A stretch of 64,000 nt of DNA from a virus (IMGVR_UViG_2905639403_000004:1-64000), one strand, 5' to 3'; shown: positions 37,780 to 46,885, numbered from the stretch's first letter. Numbers and translations: made by a program. Notes: a model not told the origin generated them from the sequence alone.

Positions 37780-38028
37780 TCATACCGTCATCCCCTTTTG
37801 CTGTGACTGCTTATATTTGACGTATTCGATAGCTCGCTTCCAACGATCTTTGTCGATTTGATTAGCAGTTAATCCCTGGCCGTCAGTCATCTTCTTAACT
37901 AGAATTGCCATTACCTGATCACTGATACCGAGAAATTCCGCGATTTCGAGCTGCGACAAATTCAAATGTAATAAGTAGCCTTTCCAGTCATTACGATTAG
38001 CAGTCCAATTGAGCTGCACGTTTACCAT
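37780..38028 (-). CDS. Cro-like HTH protein
   Basis: LSQLEIAEFLGIS HTH; first gene oriented opposite to cI. Confidence 0.7.
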   Translation of the reverse strand: MVNVQLNWTANRNDWKGYLLHLNLSQLEIAEFLGISDQVMAILVKKMTDGQGLTANQIDKDRWKRAIEYVKYKQSQQKGMTV

Positions 38029-38065
38029 GTACTCACCTCCTGTATTTAATTAATTAATCAAGCAG

Positions 38066-38250
38066 TTGAAATTAGGTATCGAATGCGGTACTATTTGTGC
38101 ATAGCAAATAGCCGAATGTAGTTACTCTTACCGGTCATCTCGTCAAAGTGTCAATCGGTAAGGGCTTGTTCGTATATTGCTCAATTACTTGATGAACTTA
38201 TAATAATCGAATTCGGTACTTTTGTAAAGCCGTTTTTACCAAATTCGGTA
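38066..38250. promoter_or_regulatory. Genetic switch: face-to-face promoters and three palindromic operators
   Basis: Plus TTGAAA-17-TACTAT (38066-38094); minus TTTACA-17-TATTAT (38228-38200); TACCGAATTCGGTA-like sites at 38077, 38205 and 38237. Confidence 0.7.
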
Positions 38251-38286
38251 TTTATAACGTTCTCTCGAAAGAGGGATGCTTAGAAA

Positions 38287-38628
38287 ATGATGTTTGACCG
38301 CATAAAAGAAACAGGAAAAAAGCTTAACTTGAACGTAAAAGAGATTGCCATAAAGGCAGGAATTGGAGAAAACGCAATCTACCGTTGGAAAACCTCTCAA
38401 CCTTCTGCTGATAAGCTACAGGCCGTAGCAGACGTTCTTCATGTTTCTGTGGACTATCTATTGGGGAATACGGATAACCCTTCACCTAAGTCATCAGTTA
38501 AACCACCTGACCTTGCCGACGACAATCTTTTTATGTATCAAGGTAAGCCTATTCCAGAAGAGGACATGGAAACTCTCCGTTACATTCTTGACAGTTATCG
38601 TAAGAAAAAGGGTAAGAACCATGAATGA
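38287..38628 (+). CDS. CI-like / ImmR XRE repressor
   Basis: IAIKAGIGENAIYRWK..PSADKL..VSVDYLLG; YQGKPI C-terminus. Confidence 0.9.
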   Translation: MMFDRIKETGKKLNLNVKEIAIKAGIGENAIYRWKTSQPSADKLQAVADVLHVSVDYLLGNTDNPSPKSSVKPPDLADDNLFMYQGKPIPEEDMETLRYILDSYRKKKGKNHE

Positions 38629-39043
38629 AATGCTTGCTAATGTTCTCAACTATGCATATGACCACAACATCAGCTATAGCATGGTACCCTTTGACAACTC
38701 CGAAACACCACCAACTTGCGACACTGAATTGAGGTTGATTGTTCTAAACTCAAACTGGTATCAGCCAAACGAGATGGCCTTCCAAGCGGCACATGAATGC
38801 TCACATGTTCTAAACGGGGATCGTGGAAAATTTAAATATTCAAACTTTTATTCCAAAAGTAGAACTGAGGGCAATGCTAATAAGCGAGCACTTTCAATTG
38901 TCATTCCGATGTACTTTAAAGATCTAGAAGCTGATGAAGCGAATCTATTTCAGTTTATGAATGACCTAGCAATACCAAGTTGGCTTGAAGACGCTGCGTC
39001 ATCTTCAATTAATTCATACTATCAACGCAATCTTTTAATTTAG
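38621..39043 (+). CDS. ImmA/IrrE-family metallopeptidase (anti-repressor protease)
   Basis: FQAAHECSH (HExxH) and EGNAN; overlaps the cI stop. Confidence 0.85.
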   Translation: MNEMLANVLNYAYDHNISYSMVPFDNSETPPTCDTELRLIVLNSNWYQPNEMAFQAAHECSHVLNGDRGKFKYSNFYSKSRTEGNANKRALSIVIPMYFKDLEADEANLFQFMNDLAIPSWLEDAASSSINSYYQRNLLI

Positions 39044-39110
39044 CCAAGGACTATGCTACGTCCAAACCCTGATCGACGTTAAAAGCTGAATTTTTTTGGA
39101 GGGATTCATC

Positions 39111-39473
39111 ATGAAGAAGCTCAAGATTAATATTTGGACTGGCATTTATAACATTTTTGCATGTGTTATCTTCGCCTCGTCTTGGTTCATCATCTTTTCA
39201 ACCGCATTTAGCGATGCTGCAAACAAGACCAATGCAACTGGTGGTGCTGCCACATTCTTCTATGCTGTTGCTTGGATTGGCGTTGTGTTAAATGCTCTTG
39301 CTTTATGGCAAAGCTATAAACACAACATTTCGTTAGTGGGCGGTGTTTTGGGCGTAATTGGTTCGCTTTGCTTTGGTTTGACCGCTGCAATGGCATTTCC
39401 AGCTATTGTTTTGTTGATTATTGCAATTGTATTCCTGTTCTTACAGCACCCTCGCAATAAGGCAGCTATTTAG
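39111..39473 (+). CDS. Multi-TM membrane protein in the lysogeny module (Sie candidate)
   Basis: Three to four hydrophobic helices; GGAGG RBS; lies between immA and int. Confidence 0.7.
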   Translation: MKKLKINIWTGIYNIFACVIFASSWFIIFSTAFSDAANKTNATGGAATFFYAVAWIGVVLNALALWQSYKHNISLVGGVLGVIGSLCFGLTAAMAFPAIVLLIIAIVFLFLQHPRNKAAI

Positions 39474-39648
39474 CATATATTCTTCCCCCACGCAAGCGGC
39501 GTCCCCGTGCAAGCCGGAGAGTGGGGCTGAATACAAAATAAAAAGCGCCTACCCCACCGACCAAAGTGAACGGGTAGACGCTAAACAATTACTCGGAGTC
39601 ATAAGGCTCTTTGTATACACAATTGTACCAGAAAAGGAGGAAGATTGC

Positions 39649-40818
39649 ATGGCAACATTTAGGAAACGCGGCAAGTATTGGGAATACAGGGTTAAGTATA
39701 CGGACTCTGCCGGTAAACAGCTGGTTGCTTCACACGGTGGGTATCGTCTCAAATCATCTGCACAAGACGCTGCAGAAGCTGTAGAAGATGACCTCAAACG
39801 TGGTGGCGATCCTTCCAAAGCTGGAACACTGTTTTTAGATTATTGGGATCAATGGATTGATGCTTATAAGTCAGGCGATAAGTCCCTCAATACTGAATAT
39901 AGATACACGTTGCTAAGAAAACATTTGAAGTCACGTTTTGACGGCCGTGAGCTTGGCTCAATCCGTCCAATCGAATGGCAACGTTTCTTGAACGACTTTG
40001 CTGCCGGTAAGGACCGCAAGAAAGAGACCACACGCAAAGGCCCTCGCGAACGCTCAAAGGATATTGTCAGCAAGATGAATAGCTATGTCCGCTCAATGGT
40101 TAAGGCAGCCATCAATGATCGTCTGCTCTTTTCTGACTTCACTTTTGGTGCCAAGGTTGGTGGAATCCGTTCAGGAAGCAAAGTTAAAGTGCTTGATCGG
40201 GACGACTTTGCACAGGTTAAGTCTCAGGCGGCCGAGAAGGCTTCATATCGAAGCATAGGGGCGCTTGCAGTGTATTTAGGGGCAATGACAGGCATGCGGG
40301 TTTCTGAGGTTCTAGCACTCACGTGGGCTGATATAGATACTATTAACAACGTGATACATGTTACCCGTTCTTGGGATCATCAGTATGGGACTGGATTCAA
40401 GCCTACAAAAACCGAAGCGTCAATACGAGATATTGAAGTGTCACTAGCAGTTATTAAGCTACTCGAGCGTATTCATCAAGAGCAAATGGCAGCATACTTG
40501 CGAACTGGTTATAGAGATCCCGATCAAATGATCATGCGGAATCAATGGCACACGGTCATTACTGACACTGCCTGCAATAAGGCACTTGCGATTTTGCAAA
40601 GCGATGCAGGGATCCCAAAAGAAAAACAAATTACTTTCCATGGCCTTCGTCACAGCCACGTTAGCTATCTGATTAGTCAAGGCATTGACATCTATTACAT
40701 CTCAAAACGTCTTGGCCATTCAGACATCACGATCACCATGCGAGTATATGGCCATCTTTTAGACTCTCAAAAAAAGAAGGAAGCTCTGAAAGCCACGGCT
40801 GCCATGGATCGGCTTTGA
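39649..40818 (+). CDS. int: Tyrosine integrase of P1
   Basis: TGMRVSE, HGLRHSH, RLGHSDITITMRVY motifs; AGGAGG RBS. Confidence 0.95.
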   Translation: MATFRKRGKYWEYRVKYTDSAGKQLVASHGGYRLKSSAQDAAEAVEDDLKRGGDPSKAGTLFLDYWDQWIDAYKSGDKSLNTEYRYTLLRKHLKSRFDGRELGSIRPIEWQRFLNDFAAGKDRKKETTRKGPRERSKDIVSKMNSYVRSMVKAAINDRLLFSDFTFGAKVGGIRSGSKVKVLDRDDFAQVKSQAAEKASYRSIGALAVYLGAMTGMRVSEVLALTWADIDTINNVIHVTRSWDHQYGTGFKPTKTEASIRDIEVSLAVIKLLERIHQEQMAAYLRTGYRDPDQMIMRNQWHTVITDTACNKALAILQSDAGIPKEKQITFHGLRHSHVSYLISQGIDIYYISKRLGHSDITITMRVYGHLLDSQKKKEALKATAAMDRL

Positions 40819-40823
40819 ATATC

Positions 40824-41019
40824 TTTGTCCCCTTTTTGTCCCCCTCAAAACAAAAACAAAGCCCTCCTAACATTAGCTAGGAGGGCTAAAACGTTGATTT
40901 AAAGGCATTCTATAAAGCTAAAAGAGACTAAAGAACGCTAATAAATGCCGCGAACAGGAACAATATATGCCTATTGTATCAGCGCTTGTAACGTTCTTGG
41001 TCTCAATTTGGTCTCAATT
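40824..41019. other. Hybrid att junction: P1 arm repeats, tRNA-3'-like core, foreign arm repeats
   Basis: TTTGTCCCC x2 (40824-40843); core TGCCGCGAACAGGAA (40946-40960); TTGGTCTCAAT x2 (40997-41018). Confidence 0.7.
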
Positions 41020-41156
41020 AAAATTTCTCAAAATAAAGTGCAATTAAAATAACTAGATTATTTGCGCTAAAAGTACCATTTTGAATGTCATAATCGCATT
41101 GTTGCAGCGATTTTACAATTTTTCTTGTGTTTTGCAACTATGTAATTTATGCACAA

Positions 41157-41196
41157 AAACAGCCCTCCACCCGCATTAGCGAGCAGAGGGCTGTTT
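41157..41196 (-). terminator. Lysin-gene terminator (duplicated at 52202-52242)
   Basis: CAGCCCTC/GAGGGCTG stem with a T run on the minus strand. Confidence 0.7.
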
Positions 41197-41197
41197 G

Positions 41198-41452
41198 TTA
41201 TCGGATATACAGGCTTTCGCCAGGATAAATCAGACTGTTAATTGTCTTGCCATTGTTAGCCGCAAGCGTGTACATGCTGATGCCATACTTACTGGCAATA
41301 CTCCAGAGGCTATCATCAGAGCGGACTGTGTAGTACGTGTGGCTTGCCACAATTGAATAGTTTGCGCCAAAACTCGGAGAACGTCTCCGGGGTGAATCAC
41401 ACTATTGATCTTCTTTCCGTTGTTAGAGGCCAACGTATACATGCTCATTCCC
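41198..41452 (-). pseudogene. 3' remnant of a LysM-LysM endolysin, frameshifted and truncated by the IME att
   Basis: GMSMYTLASNNGK...PGDVLRV, then in another frame SHTYYTVRSDDSLWSIASKYG...PGESLYIR*, paralogous to the P1 lysin end. Confidence 0.85.
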
Positions 41453-41512
41453 ACTCAATTGTAACGGTCGATTACAATCGTTGTTACAACGGCATTTATG
41501 CCAGTTTATTAT

Positions 41513-42739
41513 TCATTGGCGGAGCTGCGGCGGAGCAACAACCTGATTACCATTAAACTTCACCTTAGATTCCTTTGGTGCTGCATAGGTTATATGACCT
41601 GACATCATCTGTGCTAGTTCCTTATCTGCACCAACATACATGTGCGCATAGTGCCTTAACGTAATTTCCGGGGATGAGTGTCCCAGCCGTTTAGACAGAA
41701 CAAGCACTGATACATTGAACTCATTAATCAAGTAACTAGCATGACTATGCCGAAGTCCTTTACCTTGTATCGGGTGAACATTGGCCAACTTGGCGTACCG
41801 ATGGATAATACGCATGAGCGTTGATTTCAGCATCGGGCTTCCGTCATAGCTAAAGACAAAATCGTCCTGCTTACCAAAACCATTCTGAGTTTGACGCTTT
41901 TTCCAAACACGGAGCACCTTCAAAGTATCCCGATCTATGGAGATAGTTCTCAAACCGCTATCAGTTTTGGTGTAGTCATGCCGTTTCCAATTTTGTTTGG
42001 TCTTGATTACCAGCATGTGAGTAACGCGTAATTGTGCATGCGTGAAGTCCACGTCCGCCCATTGTAGCGCCATCCCCTCATTGACACGAACACCCGTCAT
42101 AAAGTAAACATACAGCATGACAAAGTTCAGGTGTTCGTAGTAGTCGCTAGTACAAATCTGGTTTAGTACGGTTTGAAACTCACTCTTAGTCCAATACGGC
42201 ACCGTAGCACGTCCCTTAGATATCGCCTTAACACGCTTTGACACATTACTAGGTAAGTAATTCATCTCAACCGCAAAATCCAACGACTTACGAAACATAC
42301 CGAAAACTAAACTTGCATAGCTCTGCGAGTAACCAGCGTCTGTCAGCAGCCAGTTCCTAAAGCCCTGAACCTGCCTAACATCCAGCTTTCGTAATTCTAC
42401 ATCTCCAAACTTTTGTACGAAGACGTTTAACGCAGTCTTACGCGTTTCAAACGTTTCCTTTTGTACGCTAGCTTGGTATGCAGGAATATACGATTTTCGC
42501 ATGTACACACCATAAGTTAACGCATAGACGGTATGGCCACTCTCACGGTCAAATTCTGCCTTTAATCGTACAACTTCCTTGTGCGCGGCAGTCGCTGACT
42601 TGAACAACTGGCCATCCGCGTCTTTTTGGCTCTTTTTCCGGATTCTTTTTCCGGTACTTTCATCCACCCCCAACTGTATATCATAGTAGTAGCGGCCATT
42701 TTGGCCACTGTATACACCAGCGAACTTAGTCTTTGGCAT
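41513..42739 (-). CDS. int: Tyrosine integrase of the IME
   Basis: TGVRVNE, KGLRHSHAS, RLGHSSPEITLRHY motifs. Confidence 0.93.
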   Translation of the reverse strand: MPKTKFAGVYSGQNGRYYYDIQLGVDESTGKRIRKKSQKDADGQLFKSATAAHKEVVRLKAEFDRESGHTVYALTYGVYMRKSYIPAYQASVQKETFETRKTALNVFVQKFGDVELRKLDVRQVQGFRNWLLTDAGYSQSYASLVFGMFRKSLDFAVEMNYLPSNVSKRVKAISKGRATVPYWTKSEFQTVLNQICTSDYYEHLNFVMLYVYFMTGVRVNEGMALQWADVDFTHAQLRVTHMLVIKTKQNWKRHDYTKTDSGLRTISIDRDTLKVLRVWKKRQTQNGFGKQDDFVFSYDGSPMLKSTLMRIIHRYAKLANVHPIQGKGLRHSHASYLINEFNVSVLVLSKRLGHSSPEITLRHYAHMYVGADKELAQMMSGHITYAAPKESKVKFNGNQVVAPPQLRQ

Positions 42740-42938
42740 CGTCTGCATCCTTTCGAATGGATGCTCCAATTATCGCCTCAACCGCTGCAACCGGCACCCG
42801 ACCTAGGCGTCGATTGGTATAAAACTCATATCCTTGTTGTACCATGCTCCGCTTGGCTTGTCTAATCAATTCGGCAGCGGTATTTTCACGATACCCAAGC
42901 GATATTAGGTCTTTTTTAGTAACTGTGTTGTTTTCCAT
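42726..42938 (-). CDS. DUF3173-like excisionase
   Basis: TVTKKDLISLGY..TA..LIRQAK..MV..GY.FY.N.RLGRVP motif; directly upstream of int. Confidence 0.85.
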   Translation of the reverse strand: MENNTVTKKDLISLGYRENTAAELIRQAKRSMVQQGYEFYTNRRLGRVPVAAVEAIIGASIRKDADDAKD

Positions 42939-43811
42939 TTAAGGGCCTCCTTCATTCCCATAATCGACAGTGTTTTTTAATTTCCAGACGGTCTTTATAC
43001 CGTCTTCCTGTTCTAACTCGCCTTCTCTCGTAATATCAATCTGATAAATTGCTACATCTGTTTCTAGCGCACTATCTGAACCGCTCAGATGACCAACAAC
43101 AAAATTCGGTCTAAATAATGTGAAATAACTTTCATCTAGATCACAGTAATCCACAGTCGGCTGCTTTAGTCCATGGCTCACAAAGTACCGTGGTTGATGA
43201 TACGCGTGCGGTATTTGCATAAGCTCCTTAGTTATATACTTAGTAATATAGTTAGCTGCCTTACGTTTATCAGCAATATGGCTTACTGTACTAAAGCCCT
43301 TTTCCCAGCTATCAGCATTGTATATCTGCAATCCTTTTTTCTTAATTAGCCGTTGACTCTTGGGATAACGCGCCGGTGTTAAAGGTGGCGCAAGTCCACC
43401 AGTAACACCATGAAAATGAATTCTGCCTGTTGATGGATGAAGTTCAGGGATAAAGAGATAATCAAACCTCCCAAACTTTTCTCGCTGATACTTTAACCAG
43501 GCACGCAGACGATTTCGTGCATACACATAGTTTTTTGCGTTCACTTTCGAGTCATCAAACGTAAGCGTCCAAAACAGATTGAACGGATTTGCCTCTAGAT
43601 AGTATTTCACCTTTCTCTTAATCCTAAATGCCTGCTGCACGAGTTGAGTTTCATCACTATCTGACACGTTTATAGGCATATTCGACTCTGGATTTTTCAG
43701 TAATTTCGGAGCTTTGTGAACCCTTGGTACGCCATATTTCACAATTTCGATATGATCTTCAAACGTAATAACTTTGGCGTTGTATTCATACTCACCGCTA
43801 TTCTTACTCAT
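42939..43811 (-). CDS. HUH rolling-circle Rep / relaxase (viral-Rep-like, two Tyr)
   Basis: Motif I FWTLTF, motif II HFHGV, motif III YITKYITK. Confidence 0.85.
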   Translation of the reverse strand: MSKNSGEYEYNAKVITFEDHIEIVKYGVPRVHKAPKLLKNPESNMPINVSDSDETQLVQQAFRIKRKVKYYLEANPFNLFWTLTFDDSKVNAKNYVYARNRLRAWLKYQREKFGRFDYLFIPELHPSTGRIHFHGVTGGLAPPLTPARYPKSQRLIKKKGLQIYNADSWEKGFSTVSHIADKRKAANYITKYITKELMQIPHAYHQPRYFVSHGLKQPTVDYCDLDESYFTLFRPNFVVGHLSGSDSALETDVAIYQIDITREGELEQEDGIKTVWKLKNTVDYGNEGGP

Positions 43812-43819
43812 TGTTTCAG

Positions 43820-43910
43820 CTTATCTTGCCTGTATGTCAAGTAACAGGCAAGTCCTTGCTGGCAGTCGCAGCTTGTGGCGTCCCGCCACCGCCACGCCTA
43901 CCAGCAAGCA
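43820..43910. promoter_or_regulatory. Putative oriT/dso of the IME
   Basis: GC-rich inverted repeats (GCTTG..GGCG/CGCC..CAAGC) overlapping the ftsK 3' end just upstream of rep. Confidence 0.4.
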
Positions 43911-45312
43911 TTGTAAGTGTTGCTTTGAATGGCAGTTTATCTTCATCATATTTTGGCGGTAAAAATGCTTTTGGCCCATCCCAATTCAGACCATCCAACC
44001 ATATAACACCACCAAATTCTTTCGCATCAATGAACGGCAAATTATGGTGACTCTCTCCAAACACTTCCTGAGCTTGCTGAGGCGACGTTCTACCTAAGCT
44101 GATACGCATTCCCAGTGAACTTCTAGCTTCCGTTGGAAGTACAGAGGCGGGCATCATTTGCCCCGCTACAATAACCGAGATAGAACTCTGCCGTCCCTTT
44201 GTAATCAAGGACAACAGTTTGGCGTTGAATTGGGGATATAGTTTGTCGGCTGTTTTCCTCTGCTGATCCTCAGCCTTCATGTTTGCAACCAACGACAGTA
44301 GTTCATCAACGACAAGTAAAATCGTACCCTGATGAAATTTTTCGCAATGCGTAATATCCCGCTCATCATCGGGATCTGCATTTAGCTCCTTGTATCGCTG
44401 ATCCATGATTTTGCACAATTCGTCAACGAGCTGAATTGCCTCTTCCGCATTCATGGCAACCTTACCAATACGCTTCATCGACTGACCCAAGAACGCTGCC
44501 TTACCATCGATCGTATACACGACATTATCGGGATTATTTACCAAGAAGGATATAATCAGGACCTTTAGCAAACTAGTTTTCCCCGTTCCTGTTGGACCGA
44601 CTATCAACCCCATCGGCTGTTTAGATGTTAGCGACATTCTGCCAGTCAATTGAATATTGATCTTTTCGCTTGTCTGCAACGCGTCCAAACGGTTGATTGT
44701 AATTCGCTCATCCTTATTGTGAGTTAGGTTAATTTCGATAATGCCGTTTCCAGACTTCTTATCACGAATTTCCCAGTAAGCTGTCGTCTCCTTGGTGAGG
44801 AATGCAACCAGGCGGCGTCCAATATCCGCTTCGAAATCCGAGCTGACACGGCCACCCGTTAGTAGCGTGATCTTAACTTCATCATTCGAGACCACATATC
44901 CCCATCTTACGTATGCGACATGGCCAGTCACGCCTTGCTTAATCAAATTAACGTTTTCCGAAAATTGCCAAAGCAAACGTTCCATCTTCCAACGTTCAAC
45001 TGGCGAATATCTACTGTGGAGATATCTCCAAGCCCCAGCAAGAGACACAACTACTCCAAGTAGTCCAAGCATCAGGATAATTGGCCATAGATCTAATTCC
45101 GATTTTTGGCCAATTATTTTAGCCCACGTCCACTTAGCGCAGCTCCAGAGAATGATTAGCACTGTAACACATGCCCAGACCTTAAACAATAATCTTGACC
45201 GTACCTGCTTGCGTTGATCAACCTCATCAATGGATTCATAGATGCTCAGCTTCGCAGTATGCGTAGAGACTGGCAAAAATCTGCTAATTGCTTCCCTTGT
45301 TTTTTCTATCAT
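43837..45312 (-). CDS. FtsK/SpoIIIE (TcpA-like) coupling protein
   Basis: Two N-terminal TM helices; GPTGTGKT, IDGK, LVVDE and KGRQ motifs. Confidence 0.88.
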   Translation of the reverse strand: MIEKTREAISRFLPVSTHTAKLSIYESIDEVDQRKQVRSRLLFKVWACVTVLIILWSCAKWTWAKIIGQKSELDLWPIILMLGLLGVVVSLAGAWRYLHSRYSPVERWKMERLLWQFSENVNLIKQGVTGHVAYVRWGYVVSNDEVKITLLTGGRVSSDFEADIGRRLVAFLTKETTAYWEIRDKKSGNGIIEINLTHNKDERITINRLDALQTSEKINIQLTGRMSLTSKQPMGLIVGPTGTGKTSLLKVLIISFLVNNPDNVVYTIDGKAAFLGQSMKRIGKVAMNAEEAIQLVDELCKIMDQRYKELNADPDDERDITHCEKFHQGTILLVVDELLSLVANMKAEDQQRKTADKLYPQFNAKLLSLITKGRQSSISVIVAGQMMPASVLPTEARSSLGMRISLGRTSPQQAQEVFGESHHNLPFIDAKEFGGVIWLDGLNWDGPKAFLPPKYDEDKLPFKATLTMLAGRRGGGGTPQAATASKDLPVT

Positions 45313-45478
45313 TCAAGAAATCCTCTTCAAAGTCTCCTACTTGCTGGCCGGTAAAAATTCTGTACGCAGCTGCAATCAAAGACTCAATTCTTTCAACATC
45401 GAATGCGTCACGGTTCGTGAGACAATATTGAGCTTCATTCAAGTACGCCCAAACAGATAGCTTCTTTTTTTCACTCAT
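45284..45478 (-). CDS. Small IME hypothetical protein
   Basis: 64 aa ORF in the mobilization operon. Confidence 0.55.
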   Translation of the reverse strand: MSEKKKLSVWAYLNEAQYCLTNRDAFDVERIESLIAAAYRIFTGQQVGDFEEDFLNDRKNKGSN

Positions 45479-45486
45479 ACCTACGC

Positions 45487-45876
45487 CTACTTCCCATCGC
45501 TAATATTCATAACAAGCTTCACGTCACGCCAGCCACTAGTACGCCCCGCGCTCCACTTAAGCATTACCTTGGCGTCTTTCAATTCAATCTCTGTGCCCAA
45601 AAGTTCTGCCTCAGAAATTTCCAGCAGATCCTTCTCATCCCCAACAAGTTCCAGTGCATACGTCTTTAAGTCCTCTACCCCGTCGCCAGATTTCTCCAAT
45701 GTTTTGGCAAGTTCAGCATCTACTATTTGGCATACTACCTTTGCGACCGATCCGTTGATTGGATCACCGTTATCTGCGTAGCGCGGACTTTTTGATACCG
45801 ATACCACGCGAGCTGCTTTTGGCTTCTCAACATTGCTAATTTCAACTTCTGAAAGTTTGACCTTGGCTAGTTTCAT
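45487..45876 (-). CDS. IME accessory protein, possible OB-fold/SSB-like
   Basis: First gene of the mobilization operon; AAAGGAG RBS; beta-rich sequence. Confidence 0.55.
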   Translation of the reverse strand: MKLAKVKLSEVEISNVEKPKAARVVSVSKSPRYADNGDPINGSVAKVVCQIVDAELAKTLEKSGDGVEDLKTYALELVGDEKDLLEISEAELLGTEIELKDAKVMLKWSAGRTSGWRDVKLVMNISDGK

Positions 45877-46050
45877 GCATTTCTCCTTTTCTGGATAAAC
45901 ATCCAACACAGTTTTAATAGACTAACTTTTATCAAAGGCCTTTGATTGACTACATCTTATCTTCAATTACGCCCAATATATATATCAGGCTTCGCCAATA
46001 TCTTGACACCTGAAAAACCGGGTATTGACGTATCGGAAAAGATGTGCATC

Positions 46051-46082
46051 AAAAAAGGCGAAGTTTTAAAAACTTCGCCCTA
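46051..46082 (-). terminator. Intrinsic terminator of the cargo operon
   Basis: GGCGAAGTTTT/AAAACTTCGCC stem with T6 on the minus strand. Confidence 0.7.
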
Positions 46083-46087
46083 AGTGA

Positions 46088-46870
46088 CTATTTTGATATT
46101 TGTTGGAGAAACTGATTCATTATCAGCGGTGTTACCCGATAATCAACAAATCTTTTTAATGGTTCACCAAGTTGCTTAAGTTCGAGAACCTCACCTAACC
46201 CTTCTCTCGAGACACCGCCAGAATCAATCTTATCTATTAGTGGGATTCCTGCGGCAATGCTTTCGTTATCAGCACTACTTTCGAAGTTAATTACTGTCGC
46301 TATTTTCGTTTCTTGATTCCGAACTCTTGTGAATTTGTCCCACTCATTCAGCAAGTCGCTTTTTATTCCTTCATATATTTGTTGAATCGTATTGTTCGGA
46401 ATCCTAAGAGGCTGTGTCTGCTTTATATCATTAATAAGGCTACCTAGTCGGTTATTTTGGAATTGCGCTTCATTACACACTGACTCAAATACATTAGGCA
46501 GATAGTTTCTAATTTCATAATTAGACCCCCAAATGCACTCATACACATCCTTAAAATTCAAGGTATCTACAAATCGTAGATAGTACTTGGAAGAAGGCAC
46601 TAGATAAGGATTCTGACGCGTATCCAATCGGGGAATAGGTGCGGTTATGGAGTCAACCATCGAATAACTTACTTCGTGTTGGTAACTTGGAGCCTCATTA
46701 TACTCTTTTGCATTCTTGAACCCAGCAGTTTGATATTTGGATACGCCCTGCTCCTTCATACGCCGCTTGAGTCTTTCTGAAAACACCCTGTAGATAAACC
46801 AGACCGTATCTCCATATTCGCCGAATGCTTTTTCCCTCGCGGCTACAGTGCTCATATCTATTCGTACCAT
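46088..46870 (-). CDS. Hypothetical protein (possible IME regulator or fourth cargo gene)
   Basis: 260 aa; AAGGAG RBS; starts 15 nt after the DUF262-HNH stop. Confidence 0.7.
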   Translation of the reverse strand: MVRIDMSTVAAREKAFGEYGDTVWFIYRVFSERLKRRMKEQGVSKYQTAGFKNAKEYNEAPSYQHEVSYSMVDSITAPIPRLDTRQNPYLVPSSKYYLRFVDTLNFKDVYECIWGSNYEIRNYLPNVFESVCNEAQFQNNRLGSLINDIKQTQPLRIPNNTIQQIYEGIKSDLLNEWDKFTRVRNQETKIATVINFESSADNESIAAGIPLIDKIDSGGVSREGLGEVLELKQLGEPLKRFVDYRVTPLIMNQFLQQISK

Positions 46871-46885
46871 ATTAGCTCCTTGGCA

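Larger units (their letters stand above)
1..40960. mobile_element. Prophage P1, temperate siphovirus with HK97-type head; left att lies outside the window
   Basis: Ordered lysis-tail-head-packaging-replication-lysogeny modules; integrase followed by arm repeats and an att-like core at 40946-40960. Confidence 0.95.

Noticed and set aside
39478-39530. TTCCCCCACGCAAG resembling a type I-E CRISPR repeat (solitary repeat / RNA anti-CRISPR)
   Set aside because: Similarity covers only the first half; better explained as one arm of a larger hairpin in the integrase leader
41198-41452. Duplicated lysin C-terminus (versus 1-260) as a DGR template/variable repeat pair
   Set aside because: No reverse transcriptase in the window; differences are not adenine-specific and include an indel; explained as a prophage remnant
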